From Macrostomum lignano (Eukaryota): a stretch of 64,000 nucleotides of DNA. Under the pieces are notes generated by a model that had not been told where the DNA came from, ran no database searches, and saw nothing but the letters and a program-made list of their open reading frames with translations. A program made the position numbers and the translations under genes. The stretch covers positions 61,392 through 125,391 of the forward strand of contig NIVC01003014.1 in NCBI GenBank assembly GCA_002269645.1, in the 5' to 3' direction. Below, one piece after another: positions 12,192-39,184 of this stretch (within the stretch, counting starts at the first letter, position 1; every line of letters begins with the position of its first letter).

Positions 12192-12614
12192 AAGCCATAC
12201 ATCATTCTTATCCGCCCCAGACTCCATGCAGTTTAGTGCGCAGGTTGCAGTGCAGTTTCAGTCAGGAAATTGCCAGTCAACATTCGCTGAATGGCCATCT
12301 CCGACACCTGTCAATTAAATTTTTTAGCTACCTGAGCGTGGGCCTGCTTGATGCACTGCTTTGTACTGCTTGATGCAGGGCAAACCTGTAGAACGTAGCG
12401 ACAGCTGTATCCTTGATCAAGATTTCATAGCTAGCTGATTGCACCCAAGTGCGCAGCTTCATATATTGCTCTTTGTAATATACTCGTAGCATAGCAAACA
12501 TCTAAAAATAGATTCCATTATCGCATTGTTACGTATATATTTATCTGTGCTGAAAGTTTATTAGATGCGTTGAAAAGTAATCAGATGAACGAATTCGATG
12601 ATTGAAGACAACTT

Positions 12615-12814
12615 CAGCACCAGAGGCGCCAGCACCAGAGGCGCCAGCACCAGAGGCGCCAGCACCAGAGGCGCCAGCACCAGAGGCGCCAGCACCAGAG
12701 GCGCCAGCACCAGAGGCGCCAGCACCAGAGGCGCCAGCACCAGAGGCGCCAGCACCAGAGGCGCCAGCACCAGAGGCGCCAGCACCAGAGGCGCCAGCAC
12801 CAGAGGCGCCAGCA
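12615..12814. repeat. Perfect 15-bp repeat (CAGCACCAGAGGCGC), 13 copies
   Basis: Directly visible; stop-free, hence the overlapping ORFs. Confidence 0.95.
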
Positions 12815-13521
12815 GCCACTCTGCAAAGCAGGCAGCAGGAGCCCTCTACATTCAAAATAAATTTCACCTGACGGGGGAAGCCGGGACGCCTCGCCCAGCT
12901 TCCCGAGAATGCTGCGAGGCAGAAAAAACTCGATGATAACCCGGGGTTGAAAAAAGGAAGGCGGAGAAAATTACAGGTAGCGAGCAGGAAAATAAATTGG
13001 GAGCGCTACGTGGGAGGCGATGGATGAAGAGGGAAGAAGGAAGCTGCGAGTTGCCCGACGCCAAAATCCTGTTTACTGAAGATTTTTCTGAGCATTGGAG
13101 CGGAGTAGGCTGATGGCTATCCACTGCTAACTACCAGTCTACTCCAGGAAAATGCGTAATTATCCATTCTAATAAGCCTTGGAAACATAGTCAGCTGTTT
13201 TTTTGGGAAGGGGTTTGTTCGAAACTCCGGAAGGAACTTCTGTCTTTCCTCTCCAAGGAAAGAAAAACAACCCCTTTTAGGCTGAGGATTCTGTGGAGAA
13301 ATCTTATGCGTGCTCGACTAGAAAACGAAAAATTTAAGGAAAACACGATTGAGGTGAAAAAATCCCCCAATGAGCAGTGTTTTTATCGATGAGAGTTCTT
13401 ACTCTCAGGGTCTGTTTTTGACTGCGTCAGCACGTACCACAGTTCGCTCACTTGGCAATCATTTATAAGGAAATTTCAGCATTCATAAATCAAATGCAAC
13501 TCAACCGCAACACGGCTAAAA

Positions 13522-14400
13522 CTTTATCAGCTACAAGCCGACTCACTCACCACCCTTATCAGCTACAAGCCGACTCACTCCCCACCCTTATCAGCTGCAA
13601 GCCGACTCACTCCCCACCCTTATCAGCTGCAAGCCGACTCACTCCCCACCCTTATCAGCTGCAAGCCGACTCACTCCCCACCCTTATCAGCTGCAAACTG
13701 TCTCACTCCCCACCCTTATCAGCTGCAAACTGTCTCACTCCCCACCCTTATCAGCTGCAAGCCGACCCACTCCCCACCCTTATCAGCTGCAAACTCTCAC
13801 TCACCACCCTTATCAGCTGCAAGCCGACTCACTCCCCACCCTTATCAGCTGCAAACTGTCTCACTCACCACCCTTATCAGCTGCAAACTGTCTCACTCAC
13901 CACCCTTATCAGCTGCAAACTCTCACTCACCACCCTTATCAGCTGCAAACTGTCTCACTCACCACCCTTATCAGCTGCAAACTGTCTCACTCACCACCCT
14001 TATCAGCTGCAAACTGTCTCACTCCCCACCCTTATCAGCTGCAAACTGTCTCACTCCCCACCCTTATCAGCTGCAAACTGTCTCACTCCCCACCCTTATC
14101 AGCTGCAAGCCGACCCACTCCCCACCCTTATCAGCTGCAAACTCTCACTCCCCACCCTTATCAGCTGCAAACTCTCACTCCCCACCCTTATCAGCTGCAA
14201 GCCGACCCACTCCCCACCCTTATCAGCTGCAAACTCTCACTCCCCACCCTTATCAGCTGCAAGCCGACCCACTCCCCACCCTTATCAGCTGCAAGCCGAC
14301 CCACTCCCCACCCTTATCAGCTGCAAACTGTCTCACTCACCACCCTTATCAGCTGCAAACTGTCTCACTCCCCACCCTTATCAGCTGCAAACTGTCTCAC
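13522..14400. repeat. 30/32-bp minisatellite (CTTATCAGCTGCAAACTGTCTCACTCCCCACC and GCCGAC variant), ~27 copies
   Basis: Directly visible; explains ORF 13452-14432. Confidence 0.95.
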
Positions 14401-15414
14401 GCCTAACCAGACCAGAGCTTCATTTTCATTAAACTTCAAACAACATTCTAAAACATATGTAGAACCAAATCCTGCCCTACTGGGTATTCTGGAAATTGTA
14501 TAGCATCAATTGACAATACCATAGTAACAGTGTGCCAGGTACGCAGACACACTAAATGCCTGGCAACTACTTACTATATTTCTTATAGTCAAAGAGAAGT
14601 CAGCATTGACTTTTCTTTTATCTGGCGAGCTTCTGTGTCGCAGTTCATCTTCGCTTTCGAGCGAGATACGACCTGCAGGACGTAAATTCAATGAACAGAA
14701 AGCATGTCACTAATTCAGAGACATTGCTCAGAGACAAAAGGCTGCAGCAAGTTATTCTCAATCGCATCTCTACCTCAGTGAGTTGGTTGCGCAGCGAGTT
14801 GCTTTGCCAATAAGTTTTTTTATGAATATGGCATGAATAGACTTACCTTCAGTGACTACTAAGGTTGGCGTCACGTTACAATCTTATTCATATTATTGAT
14901 GCTAATATCATATCCTTTTTATACAGTTTCTATTGTATATAGTTTAATACTCTATGAGTACTTTATGGCCACGAGTACCCGTGCTGACCATTGCAGGAAC
15001 TCGTACTGAGTTCAGATTCTAAAAAAACAAACAAAGAAAATTAACTGATAATTTATCGACGGCACAGCGTTTTTATATAAAACTATAATCCCCCCCTGGT
15101 TCTTGGGTTCAGTTTGTACTTTCTTTAATGCCAAAATCCAGTTGACAGCTACATGCAATCTGCCCCCCCCGCCCGCCTGCCCCGACACAAGCGCGGATCA
15201 ATAAGCACGAGGTGTTATGAAATTGAAGTGCGGATCGTACCGTACTGGCTGTAACACGCAAGTTATAGTCGGAATCAATTTCAGTCAATAACAGCACCAT
15301 CGAGTCAGGTTGGAACTGACTGGACCAATAGTAAGTTTAGAAATAACTGTGCCCTATGGGACTGGCCTGATACTCTCTTAGCCATTGGAGTGCCCTATAG
15401 AACTGGTGTGATTG

Positions 15415-16518
15415 GTAGTGCCCTATGCCAGCTACTGGTGTGACACCATTTTAAATAATTGGTAGTGCCCTATGCCAGCTACTGGTGTGACACCATTTTA
15501 AATAATTGGTAGTGCCCTATGCCAGCTACTGGTGTGACACCATTTTAAATAATTGGTAGGGCCCTATGCAAGCTACTGGTGTGACACCATTTTAAATAAT
15601 TGGTAGGGCCCTATGCAAGCTACTAGTGTGACACTATTTCCAATAACTGAAGTGCCCTATGCAAGCTACTGGTGTGACACTACTTTCAATAACTGGAGTG
15701 CCCTATGCAAGCTACTGGTGTGACACTACTTTCAATAACTGGAGTGCCCTATGCCAGCTACTGGTGTGACACTACTTTCAATAATTGGTAGTGCTCTATG
15801 CCAGCTACTGGTGTGACACTATTTTCAATAACTGGAGTGCCCTATGCAAGCTACTGGTGTGACACTATTTCAATAACTGAAGTGCCCTATGCAAGCTACT
15901 GGTGTGACACTATTTTCAATAACTGGAGTGCCCTATGCAAGCTACTGGTGTGACACTACTTTCAATAACTGGAGTGCCCTATGCAAGCTACTGGTGTGAC
16001 ACTACTTTCAATAATTGGTAGTGCTCTATACCAAGCTACTGGTGTGACACTATTTCCAATAACTGAAGTGCCCTATGCAAGCTACTGGTGTGACACTATT
16101 TTCAATAACTGGAGTGCCCTATGCAAGCTACTGGTGTGACACTATTTCCAATAACTGAAGTGCCCTATGCAAGCTACTGGTGTGACACTATTTTCAATAA
16201 CTGGAGTGCCCTATGCCAGCTACTGGTGTGACACTATTGTCAATAACTGGAGTGCCCTATGCCAGCTACTGGTGTGACACTATTTTCAATAACTGGAGTG
16301 CCCTATGCAAGCTACTGGTGTGACACTACTTTCAATAACTGGAGTGCCCTATGCAAGCTACTGGTGTGACACTACTTTCAATAATTGGTAGTGCTCTATG
16401 CCAGCTACTGGTGTGACACTACTTTCAATAATTGGTAGTGCTCTATGCCAGCTACTGGTGTGACACTACTTTCAATAATTGGTAGTGCCCTATGCCAGCT
16501 ACTGGTGTGACACTACTG
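15415..16518. repeat. ~45-47 bp minisatellite (GTGCCCTATGCAAGCTACTGGTGTGACACTATTTTCAATAACTGGA), ~24 copies
   Basis: Directly visible, with degenerate precursor-like units to the left (~15345). Confidence 0.95.
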
Positions 16519-16994
16519 GTCTGACAGACATTTTCCCATAAAGATTCGTCTGAAATCGCAGACACGCCAGGGCCTGTGCATGCCATTAGTATAAGAAATC
16601 TTTTATAGATCGGAGAGAACCGATAGGAAGGCAGAAATTCGATTCGAAAGACCAGATTAAGCAGCAGCTGGTGAGAGTCTGAGAGTGCGGCGGCAAACAT
16701 TAATAATCTGTGGGCAAGGGGAGAAGTGCTCGGGCCGTCTTAAGAACTCAATTAATGCTTTCTTGTGCAAAGCTCAAAATTCAGATTCGGAAGTCTTCGA
16801 ACCATTTCGAACAAGAGAGGACCATGCCAGTTTTTTAAACAAAAAATGTTTAAAATTGTTTGCCAAATCGAACGAACGGAATCTTGATGGAAAAATGAGA
16901 ACACTGCGGCTAGGTCAGCCTCTTTTCCTGCCTATGTTCGAATCCTGGTTAATTATTAACCCACAGACTGGCTTGTTCCATAACTACACTACCT

Positions 16995-19267
<2,273 letters not shown>

Positions 19268-19544
19268 ATTTTTCGACTCAAAGCGACCGAGAATGACAAT
19301 AACTAAAACACACATAGGTAAAAAAGCTGTCATATTTTAATTGTAGTTTCGTGTTAAAAAGGTTGAACTTTAATTTGAAAGAATTTTGGTAGAAAAGCTG
19401 ATTGTTCACAATATTTATTTGATTTTGTATTGATGGACGATAAACAGTAGTTACGCATTTTTAATCTACAGTGCATGGAATTTGAGAGACTTCATACGGC
19501 AAAGTCTCTCAAAATACAGAAGATTTCTCTCAAAATCTCTCAAA

Positions 19545-19554
19545 AGACAGACAC

Positions 19555-19597
<43 letters not shown>

Positions 19598-19712
19598 CAG
19601 ACAGACAGATAGGCAGACGCAGACAGGCACAGACAGACAACAGACAGACAACAGACAGACACACAGACAGACAGACAGACAGACATACATACATACAGAG
19701 ACAGGCATACAG
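19545..19712. repeat. (GACA)n-type microsatellite
   Basis: Directly visible. Confidence 0.9.
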
Positions 19713-20394
19713 ACAGTTATACACAAAAAATAAAAACGGCGCATTAGAAAACGTGGCTAGGCTAACGTATATTGCAATAATCTATATCCCGTTAAGCTAC
19801 TATAAGTAGATTATAAGCTTGAATCTCAAGAATTCAGACAGACTTCCAGCTAGAGTATACTAATAATAAAAATAGTAGGAGAGAAATATTTAAACAAAAA
19901 CAATACCTAATATGGAAAGCATATTTCTTGATTGAGCATAATTTAAAAAATACACACAGGGATAAGATACAATCTCAGGGGGAGACTCTTTATTGCTTTC
20001 GCTTTACATCTCAGCTGGGACACGAAATCAACAAGTCCTTGCTGAGCAATCAGCTGAGGCTATTAAATACTTGAGAAGTGACTCGAAGTGAATGTTTGAT
20101 GCGGTAGAAATTGATGCTGTATGACCCATTGGCTATGTTATTATGAGTAGTAAAGAAGTTCAGCTTATAATGATGCTTATAATAATTACAGTTTTAACAA
20201 AATCAACAAGGTCATGAAATATCAATTCTATTAGGAGATAAAAAGTTCACCATCTATATTGGAGCTCATATTACTTGAGAATAAAAAAATACATTTAATT
20301 ATTCTTAAACAGCTACATGGTGTTTTACTGGTTTTGATTTCTATTTCTTTCTGATAGAAAGCATTAGAGGTCTATTGGTATCCTTAATTGAATT

Positions 20395-22187
20395 TAAATA
20401 ACCCCATTGTTATATTGGGTATCCTCAATTGACCTTAAATATCCCCATTGTTATATTGGGTATCCTCAATTGACCTTAAATAACCCCATCAATAGCATCC
20501 TGAATTGGCCTCAAATAACCCCATCAGTATAGCATCCTGAATTGACCTCAAATAACCCCATCAATATAGCATCCTGAATTGACCTCAAATAACCCCATCA
20601 GTATAGCATCCTGAATTGACCTCAAATAACCCCATTAGTATAGCATCCTGAATTGACCTCAAATAACCCCATCAGTATAGCATCCTGAATTGACCTCAAA
20701 TAACCCCATCAGTATAGCATCCTGAATTGACCTCAAATAACCCCATCAGTATAGCATCCTGAATTGACCTCAAATAACCCCATCAGTATAGCATCCTGAA
20801 TTGACCTCAAATAACCCCATCAGTATAGCATCCTGAATTGACCTCAAATAACCCCATCAGTATAGCATCCTGAATTGACCTCAAATAACCCCATCAATAT
20901 AGCATCCTGAATTGACCTCAAATAACCCCATCAGTATAGCATCCTGAATTGACCTCAAATAACCCCATCAGTATAGCATCCTGAATTGACCTCAAATAAC
21001 CCCATCAGTATAGCATCCTGAATTGACCTCAAATAACCCCATCAGTATAGCATCCTGAATTGACCTCAAATAACCCCATCAGTATAGCATCCTGAATTGA
21101 CCTCAAATAACCCCATCAGTATAGCATCCTGAATTGACCTCAAATAACCCCATCAGTATAGCATCCTGAATTGACCTCAAATAACCCCATCAGTATAGCA
21201 TCCTGAATTGACCTCAAATAACCCCATCAGTATAGCATCCTGAATTGACCTCAAATAACCCCATCAGTATAGCATCCTGAATTGACCTCAAATAACCCCA
21301 TCAGTATAGCATCCTGAATTGACCTCAAATAACCCCATCAGTATAGCATCCTGAATTGACCTCAAATAACCCCATCAGTATAGCATCCTGAATTGACCTC
21401 AAATAACCCCATCAGTATAGCATCCTGAATTGACCTCAAATAACCCCATCAGTATAGCATCCTGAATTGACCTCAAATAACCCCATCAGTATAGCATCCT
21501 GAATTGACCTCAAATAACCCCATCAGTATAGCATCCTGAATTGACCTCAAATAACCCCATAAGTATAGCATCCTGAATTGACCTCAAATAACCCCATCAG
21601 TATAGCATCCTGAATTGACCTCAAATAACCACATCAATATAGCATCCTGAATTGACCTCAAATAACCCCATCAGTATAGCATCCTGAATTGACCTCAAAT
21701 AACCCCATCAGTATAGCATCCTGAATTGACCTCAAATAACCCCATCAGTATAGCATCCTGAATTGACCTCAAATAACCCCATCAGTATAGCATCCTGAAT
21801 TGACCTCAAATAACCCCATCAGTATAGCATCCTGAATTGACCTCAAATAACCCCATCAGTATAGCATCCTGAATTGACCTCAAATAACCCCATCAGTATA
21901 GCATCCTGAATTGACCTCAAATAACCCCATAAGTATAGCATCCTGAATTGACCTCAAATAACCCCATCAGTATAGCATCCTGAATTGACCTCAAATAACC
22001 ACATCAATATAGCATCCTGAATTGACCTCAAATAACCCCATCAGTATAGCATCCTGAATTGACCTCAAATAACCCCATCAGTATAGCATCCTGAATTGAC
22101 CTCAAATAACCCCATCAGTATAGCATCCTGAATTGACCTCAAATAACCCCATCAGTATAGCATCCTGAATTGACCTCAAATAACCCA
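20395..22187. repeat. 37-bp minisatellite (GACCTCAAATAACCCCATCAGTATAGCATCCTGAATT), ~45 homogeneous copies with degenerate left edge
   Basis: Directly visible; right edge abuts the poly(A) signal of the MFS gene. Confidence 0.97.
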
Positions 22188-22193
22188 TTTATT
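22188..22193 (-). terminator. Polyadenylation signal AATAAA of the MFS gene
   Basis: tttatt on the plus strand, 45 nt beyond the TAG at 22238. Confidence 0.6.
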
Positions 22194-22237
22194 CGTCACA
22201 TTTCAGTTTATAAAATTCGGCAAATTTGCAGTCAGTG

Positions 22238-22833
22238 CTAAGTACTCGGCAGCAGCGAGTCCCGGTCATTGGAAACGATCGCCTCGCCCTCGCCCTCGCC
22301 CTCGCACTTGCCATCGCCTTCGCCCAGAAGATCGCCAGACTCTGCCGCAACATCGGCGAGGTTCCTCCGCAGTCTAGCCGGAGCCACCACCAGTGCCAGC
22401 AGCGCGGCAAAGCAGACAGCCGCCATGGTCCAATTGATCCACAGCATTCTACCGGCCTTGTCAACCCCGACTCCGCCTGTTACTACGCCTAGAAACGCCA
22501 TAGCAACCAGATTATTACCTAGCGTTAGGAAGCCACAGATCACGGATTCCGGGGCTGGATAAGCCAGATCGGCGGCCAGCTCGAAGAAGAATGGCACCGC
22601 CGAGTAGAGGAAAACGCATCCGGCACAGGAGGTGGCGAAGATCAGGGATGGCCAGGTGGGCAGGATGCCCAGACAGGTGAGACTGCGGGATGGCAGGTGC
22701 GAAGTGCAATTGCAGCGGAACTTGGTAAGGTGGATCTTAATAGGAAAGCTTAGAATATGCCTGAACTGCATTTGCACATGCGCGGCTTTAGTATTATACA
22801 GGGCCAGATAGATAGATAGATAGATAGACAGAC

Positions 22834-22888
<55 letters not shown>

Positions 22889-22893
22889 CAGAC

Positions 22894-22940
<47 letters not shown>

Positions 22941-22945
22941 CAGAC

Positions 22946-23016
<71 letters not shown>

Positions 23017-23017
23017 C

Positions 23018-23089
<72 letters not shown>

Positions 23090-23114
23090 GGATAGATAGA
23101 TGGATAGATAGATG

Positions 23115-23156
<42 letters not shown>

Positions 23157-23161
23157 CAGAC

Positions 23162-23216
<55 letters not shown>

Positions 23217-23217
23217 G

Positions 23218-23304
<87 letters not shown>

Positions 23305-24661
23305 CTATAGATAGATATATAGATAGATAGGACTGGCTGATGTACATTATTGCTGAACCAATTAGCAAGTTGTTTACGACGCCTGAAAGCTTGGGCTTCA
23401 AAACTTATACGAGTAAAGTCATTCCAGCTGCCTTTATTTTTATAAAATAGCTTATGTATTCCTCTTTGCTACTGAACTGAAAGTAGAAAGCTGTTTTACC
23501 AAGCATTTATGCCTGAGTGGCCCATCTAGTTATTTTAGTATCTGCGACCGTGGCGCGACAGTCAGACGCGCACCTAAGCTAGTTTGAGAACGCTCACCTG
23601 AAGCAGAGATAGGCTACGCCAGACAGCAACAGCAGAATCAACAGACAAGGCCTCAATCGATTCCTCAACCGGCCGCTCAACAATGCCACAGGCAGGCAGA
23701 CTAAACCAGCTGACAGAACCGACCAGAAACCGGCAGCGTCCGCCTGCGCAACACTGGCGCCGAGGGTTTCCACGTTCAAATTAAATGCGGCAAGAAATCC
23801 TCCATTAACGCCAGCAACAATTGAATAGGCCAGACAGGCTGACCACAGTGCGAAACAAGTGCCCCCGTTATCGCCTCGGCCAATCAGCTGCGCGAGACTG
23901 TCTCGAAAGCTGAGTCGATTAACCTGAGCACTGGCGCTGCTAGGCAGTTTAGGCTTAGCGGGGAAGTAAGCAACGAATAATAACAGCGAGAAGAATGCTA
24001 ATCCGCATTCCAGGTACAGCAGGTGGGCTACACTCTGTCGAATATCTTCCACAGTGGTATTAGTTGAATTCTTAACAAACAGATGGCCGAATTGGAATGA
24101 GAACGCGCTACCAACATAGTTACTAAGCGTAGCCACCGATGTTGATAGAATCCGTTCACCGGGTGGAAACCATACGGCCGATAGGGCGGGTGGCAACGCC
24201 ATAGCAACCGGGCAGGACAGGCCGCAGAATAGGGCATCAATATGGCAAACAATTGTGAATGCTTCCGTGAAGGAAGCTGACTGGGCAAGGAAGCACGGAG
24301 CCACTGTGCCAACAGCCATTAGAGAGGCACCGGACAGACAGGCGACTTTCAAACCGCAGCGATTAACAATGATGAGGCTGGGAGCCAGCGCGATCACAAA
24401 CCCGATGGGAGCCCAATTTGGCAGCATGCCAAACTCGAAATTGCCCCAGGAGTAAGCCGACTGCATTGCGTCTTTTAAAGGGCCCCAGGTGTTCCAAATC
24501 ACGCCCTGATTGAATGCAAGCAAGCAATAGACTGCCAGAATGTACCAGCGACGCTTGTACACGCGGTAAGGACAAGGATTGATGACGTCACTATGCGAGT
24601 CTCCGCGCGCTGCGCCCATAGCGTCCTCCAGCGTGTCGTAAATTTGCACCTGGGCAGCCAT
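22238..24661 (-). CDS. SLC49A4: MFS transporter, SLC49A4/DIRC2-like (FLVCR family); exons 24661-23598 and 22682-22238, 502 aa
   Basis: YRVYKRRWYIL, WNTWGP, LSAVWFPPGERILSTS and FFELAADLAYPAPESVICG motifs match this family from memory. Phase-2 junction AG|GTGAG ... cccgcag|T restores CF-S-LTCL. 1064+445 nt = 503 codons. Confidence 0.85.
22806..23330. repeat. (GATA)n microsatellite filling the MFS coding intron
   Basis: Directly visible. Confidence 0.97.
23331..23546 (+). mobile_element. Truncated copy (right ~215 bp) of the CACAGATAC MITE family, in the MFS intron
   Basis: High similarity to 50213-50422 (gactggc..tgtaca.tattgc.gaaccaattagcaagttgtttac ... gctactgaactgaaagtagaaagctgtttta ... 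ttttagtatct). Confidence 0.85.
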
Positions 24662-24742
24662 GCCCGGCTGTGTTGGCTGTGGGCGTGTCTGTGCTGCTTA
24701 GCTAGTGGTGCACTAATTGGTGGACGGGTGCTGAAATGGGAA

Positions 24743-24845
24743 TATAGATAGATAGGTGATAGATACATAGATGGATAGATAGATAGATAGGATAGATAGA
24801 TAGATAAATAGATAGATAGATAGATAGATAGATAGAAAGATAGGT

Positions 24846-24897
<52 letters not shown>

Positions 24898-24968
24898 GAT
24901 AGATAGGCTGGATAGTTGATAGATAGATAGATAGATAGATGATAGATAGATAGATAGATGGATAGATG

Positions 24969-24999
<31 letters not shown>

Positions 25000-25008
25000 G
25001 GATAGATG

Positions 25009-25047
<39 letters not shown>

Positions 25048-25056
25048 GGATAGATG

Positions 25057-25095
<39 letters not shown>

Positions 25096-25096
25096 G

Positions 25097-25127
<31 letters not shown>

Positions 25128-25179
25128 GGATAGATAGATAGATACATAGATAGATAGACAGATAGATAGATAGATAGAT

Positions 25180-25226
<47 letters not shown>

Positions 25227-25238
25227 GGATAGATAGAT

Positions 25239-25269
<31 letters not shown>

Positions 25270-25275
25270 GGATAA

Positions 25276-25345
<70 letters not shown>

Positions 25346-25488
25346 GGATAGATAGTTGATAGATAGATAGATAGATAGATGATAGATAGATAGATAGATG
25401 GATAGATAGATAGATAGATGGATAAATAGATAGATAGATAGATAGATGGATAGATGGATAGATAGATAGATAGATAGATGGATAGATG

Positions 25489-25555
<67 letters not shown>

Positions 25556-25619
25556 GGATAGATAGTTGATAGATAGATAGATAGATAGATGGATAGATGG
25601 ATAGATAGATGGATAGATG

Positions 25620-25695
<76 letters not shown>

Positions 25696-25710
25696 TTCTA
25701 GATAGATAGA
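24743..25710. repeat. Imperfect (GATA)n microsatellite upstream of the MFS first coding exon (5'UTR intron or outron)
   Basis: Directly visible; bounded by acceptor cccatttcag before 24730 and a possible donor GTGAG at 25722. Confidence 0.95.
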
Positions 25711-26451
25711 CGCGAGCCTCACTGTACGCGACTAAACTATAAAATATTCATACATGCAAAGAGGGCCAGTGTCAAAATTAAATTAATTAGAGTTTAGAAG
25801 GTACCATTCCGACGAGTTATGACAGAATTAAAGTACAATTTGACGAAGGTAGCCTGAACATAATTTATTCTATGATTGATGGTCTGGAGCATTTTTAAAG
25901 CGTTTTTTCCAATAATTCAAACAGCTTGCTCTACTGACTTTTCATAGTAGTATTTATTTTAGTCTACCCATTTGAACATCAAATATGACAAAAAATTAAG
26001 ACATCAAGAAAGAACACATTAAATATTTCCAATGACCAGCTTACATGATTTTAGCTAATAATGATAGTATTCATAAATTATACAACTAATTAAAAATAGA
26101 ATACATAATACGCTCGTAAAAATAATGTACTAGCAGTAAACTTGCTAACTGGCCATCAACACAAAAACTTTTCACTTCCTGTGTATTTTGTTTTTCACTC
26201 AACAGAAAACAGTTCCAATGCAAAAGTATGGGGAAATGAAAAATACGGTTATTATGTAGTAATAAAAAAGGAACATAATTGTAGTTAGTTCTTATCTTCA
26301 AGTCTCAGTCCAGCTGCTATTTGATGCGTGCATGAACAATACGAGCTAATTATATATTAGTGCATATGAAATTCATAGCTATGTAAGTAAACGTAATTTT
26401 CATCAACAACAAGAGCTAGCTCGTATGCGCTAAATTTACTGTCCTCTGAAA

Positions 26452-27300
26452 CACAGATACCAGATTAAAATAACTACAGATAGACTATTTACGCACATTT
26501 GCTTAGTGAAACAGTTCAGTAGCAAAGTAGAATGCATAAGCTATTTCATAAAAAAATGGTAGTTAAAATCATTTTAATTTGTTTAAATAGCGAAAGCTTC
26601 TTGAAAGAAAAACAACTTGCTATAGTTTCAGCCGTAATATAAATTGGCCCACGCCTCCGAAATGCGTACATATTAGCTTTATAGTAGGAGGTTTTGTGCG
26701 GAGACAGGCGGTCGGAGGGGTTCAGGAGGGCAATAAAGATTGGGCGGCGGGCCGGGGGTAGGAGGTTTTGTGCGGAGACAGGCGGTCGGAGGGGTTCAGG
26801 AGGGCAATAAAAATTGGGCGGCGGGCCGGGGGTAGGAGGTTTTGTGCGGAGACAGGCGGTCGGAGGGGTTCAGGAGGGCAATAACAATTGGGCGGCGGGC
26901 CGGGGGTAGGAGGTTTTGTGCGGAGACAGGCGGTCGGAGGGGTTCAGGAGGGCAATAACAATTGGGCGGCGGGCCGGGGGTAGGAGGTTTTGTGCGGAGA
27001 CGCGCGCAGTCGGAGGGGTTCAGGAGGGCAATAAAGATTGGGCGGCGGGCCGGGGGTAGGAGGTTTTGTGCGGAGACGCGCAGTCGGAGGGGTTTAGGAG
27101 GGCAATAAAGACTGGGCGGCGGGCGGGGCAGAGGTGTTATGTGGGGAGGTTCTGTCGGGGCGGGCGTTGAGAGAAAATAAATAGGCTTTGTCACATGCAC
27201 ATAAAATTGCTTCTGTATAACTTGCTACTAAAAGTAGCTTACACGCAAATGTGCTGAGCGGCCAATCTAATTATTATACGAGCTACTCATAGTATCTGTG
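26452..27300 (-). mobile_element. MITE / non-autonomous DNA transposon, termini CACAGATAC...GTATCTGTG; inverted relative to the copy at 49598
   Basis: Terminal inverted repeats visible; subterminal arms match the reverse complement of both arms of 49598-50422; TSD degenerate (ctctgaaa / gtcaaaaa). Confidence 0.75.
26684..27127. repeat. 74-bp GC-rich minisatellite, 6 copies, inside the MITE
   Basis: GTAGGAGGTTTTGTGCGGAGAC starts at 26684, 26758, 26832, 26906, 26980, 27056. Confidence 0.95.
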
Positions 27301-28179
27301 GTCAAAAACCCATAAAAAAAAAACCAATTGAAAACAGCAAGCCATCGCAAACTGGAATGTGAATCTCTACTACGAAGCAACTCAAGGCAACTATGATTTT
27401 GTGTGAGGAAAAAATCCTTCAAAAGGCTGCTAAAACAGAGCATGAAAATGGAATGTTAGCGAAGTTAATATATGTTGAATAAAAAAGTTCTTATTTTTTA
27501 AGAAAAAATTTCAATATTCAATTTTTGGCACTGTACACGTAGAAAATGACAGTGATTAAATTATTGACGTAAAAATTACATTTTAATACAAGCTACTAAT
27601 AAAAAGCAATAAATTTTACACTTTAGCGGATCACAGATCGAAATTACACTATATTTACAAATAATAAGCATGTATGATTATAGGGTACCGACAATAAATA
27701 ATAGGATCAATAATGTTAGAAGAGTGGCCAGCGCTAATATTAAAAGATTGGCTAAGTTAAGGGCGATAGAACTTCAAAACCGTTATACGAGTAATCAATT
27801 TGAACACAAAAAGTTCCAAATTTCAAAACAATTACGCAATAAAACAAACACAACTAAAAACAATTATACAAATTAAAAAACAAAAAATAGTGAATAATAT
27901 TACAAGAGAGCTGCAAAAACATTTTATTAATATTTTCTTATTAGTGAATATTCATTTGATACATCAATAAAAATTGTTTGTTCAAATTTTCGGCGCTGCA
28001 GGTCGGACACTGTCAGTGGCCCTCTTCCAGTTAGAGTATAAAATGGCCTGGCTTTCAGCGCAAGGTCTTGAAGCGTCAGCCGAGGTCACTGCAATTTAAT
28101 GGTTTTGCAGATCATACAGATCTCAAACATGAATGTTGATACCGTTTAAATCTCGAATATAACTTCACGTTCCATTTAG

Positions 28180-28745
28180 ATCCCAAATACCGATTTAAAA
28201 GTCCAAATATTCGTTTATTTAAGCAAATATTGATTTAAATCTCAAGTATCGATTTTATCCCAAAATATCGATTTCTATCTGTAAATATCGATTTTTATCA
28301 ACAAATATCGATTTTTATCAGGGGGGCCGTAGCCCAACGGTAGCGCAGCTGCTCTGGTGTGCCAGCGACCCAGGCTCGATTCTAAGTGCAGTCACATTAA
28401 TTTGGGGCTGAACTGGAATCTCGGCTTGGCTCTGCTCGTGCAATTAACGGCCTTGAGAGCCAACCCCCCAAGGCACAGTGAAGTGTACATGCCTAACGAT
28501 AAAATAAAGTTAGGGCCACTGTACACTCCTATGTGAGTGTGTGCCTGCGTACGTATCCGCGCGCTTGTATGCCTGCTCAGGGGAGTCGGCGGAATGGGCA
28601 GTAATGCCTCTCGCCGGTTGTGTGCCTATGTCGCTTAAAGGTGCAGGGTGCACAAAGCCCCCCTGCCTCTAATAAAAAATCGATTTTTATCTAAAAATAT
28701 TGATTTTTATCTATAAATATCTAATTCTTGCCCTAATATCGATTT
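28180..28745. repeat. Degenerate ~19-bp repeat (AATATCGATTTTTATC) interrupted by a SINE
   Basis: Recurrent ATATCGATTT motifs on both sides of 28321-28678. Confidence 0.7.
28321..28678 (+). mobile_element. tRNA-derived SINE, apparently full length (~360 bp)
   Basis: A-box TAGCCCAACGG (28330-28340), B-box-like GGCTCGATTCT (28373-28383), A-rich end, flanking direct repeat ATCGATTTTTATC (28307-28319 / 28679-28691), second copy at 42466. Confidence 0.8.
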
Positions 28746-28777
28746 AGACCCCATCAAGATCCCAAGATCCCACTCAC

Positions 28778-39184
<10,407 letters not shown>

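Noticed and set aside
12598-12936. Coding (APEAP)n / (STRGA)n / (GASGA)n protein
   Set aside because: Perfect 15-bp repeat with no synonymous variation, open in most frames, and flanks show no domain or convincing splice signals; cannot be fully excluded without RNA data
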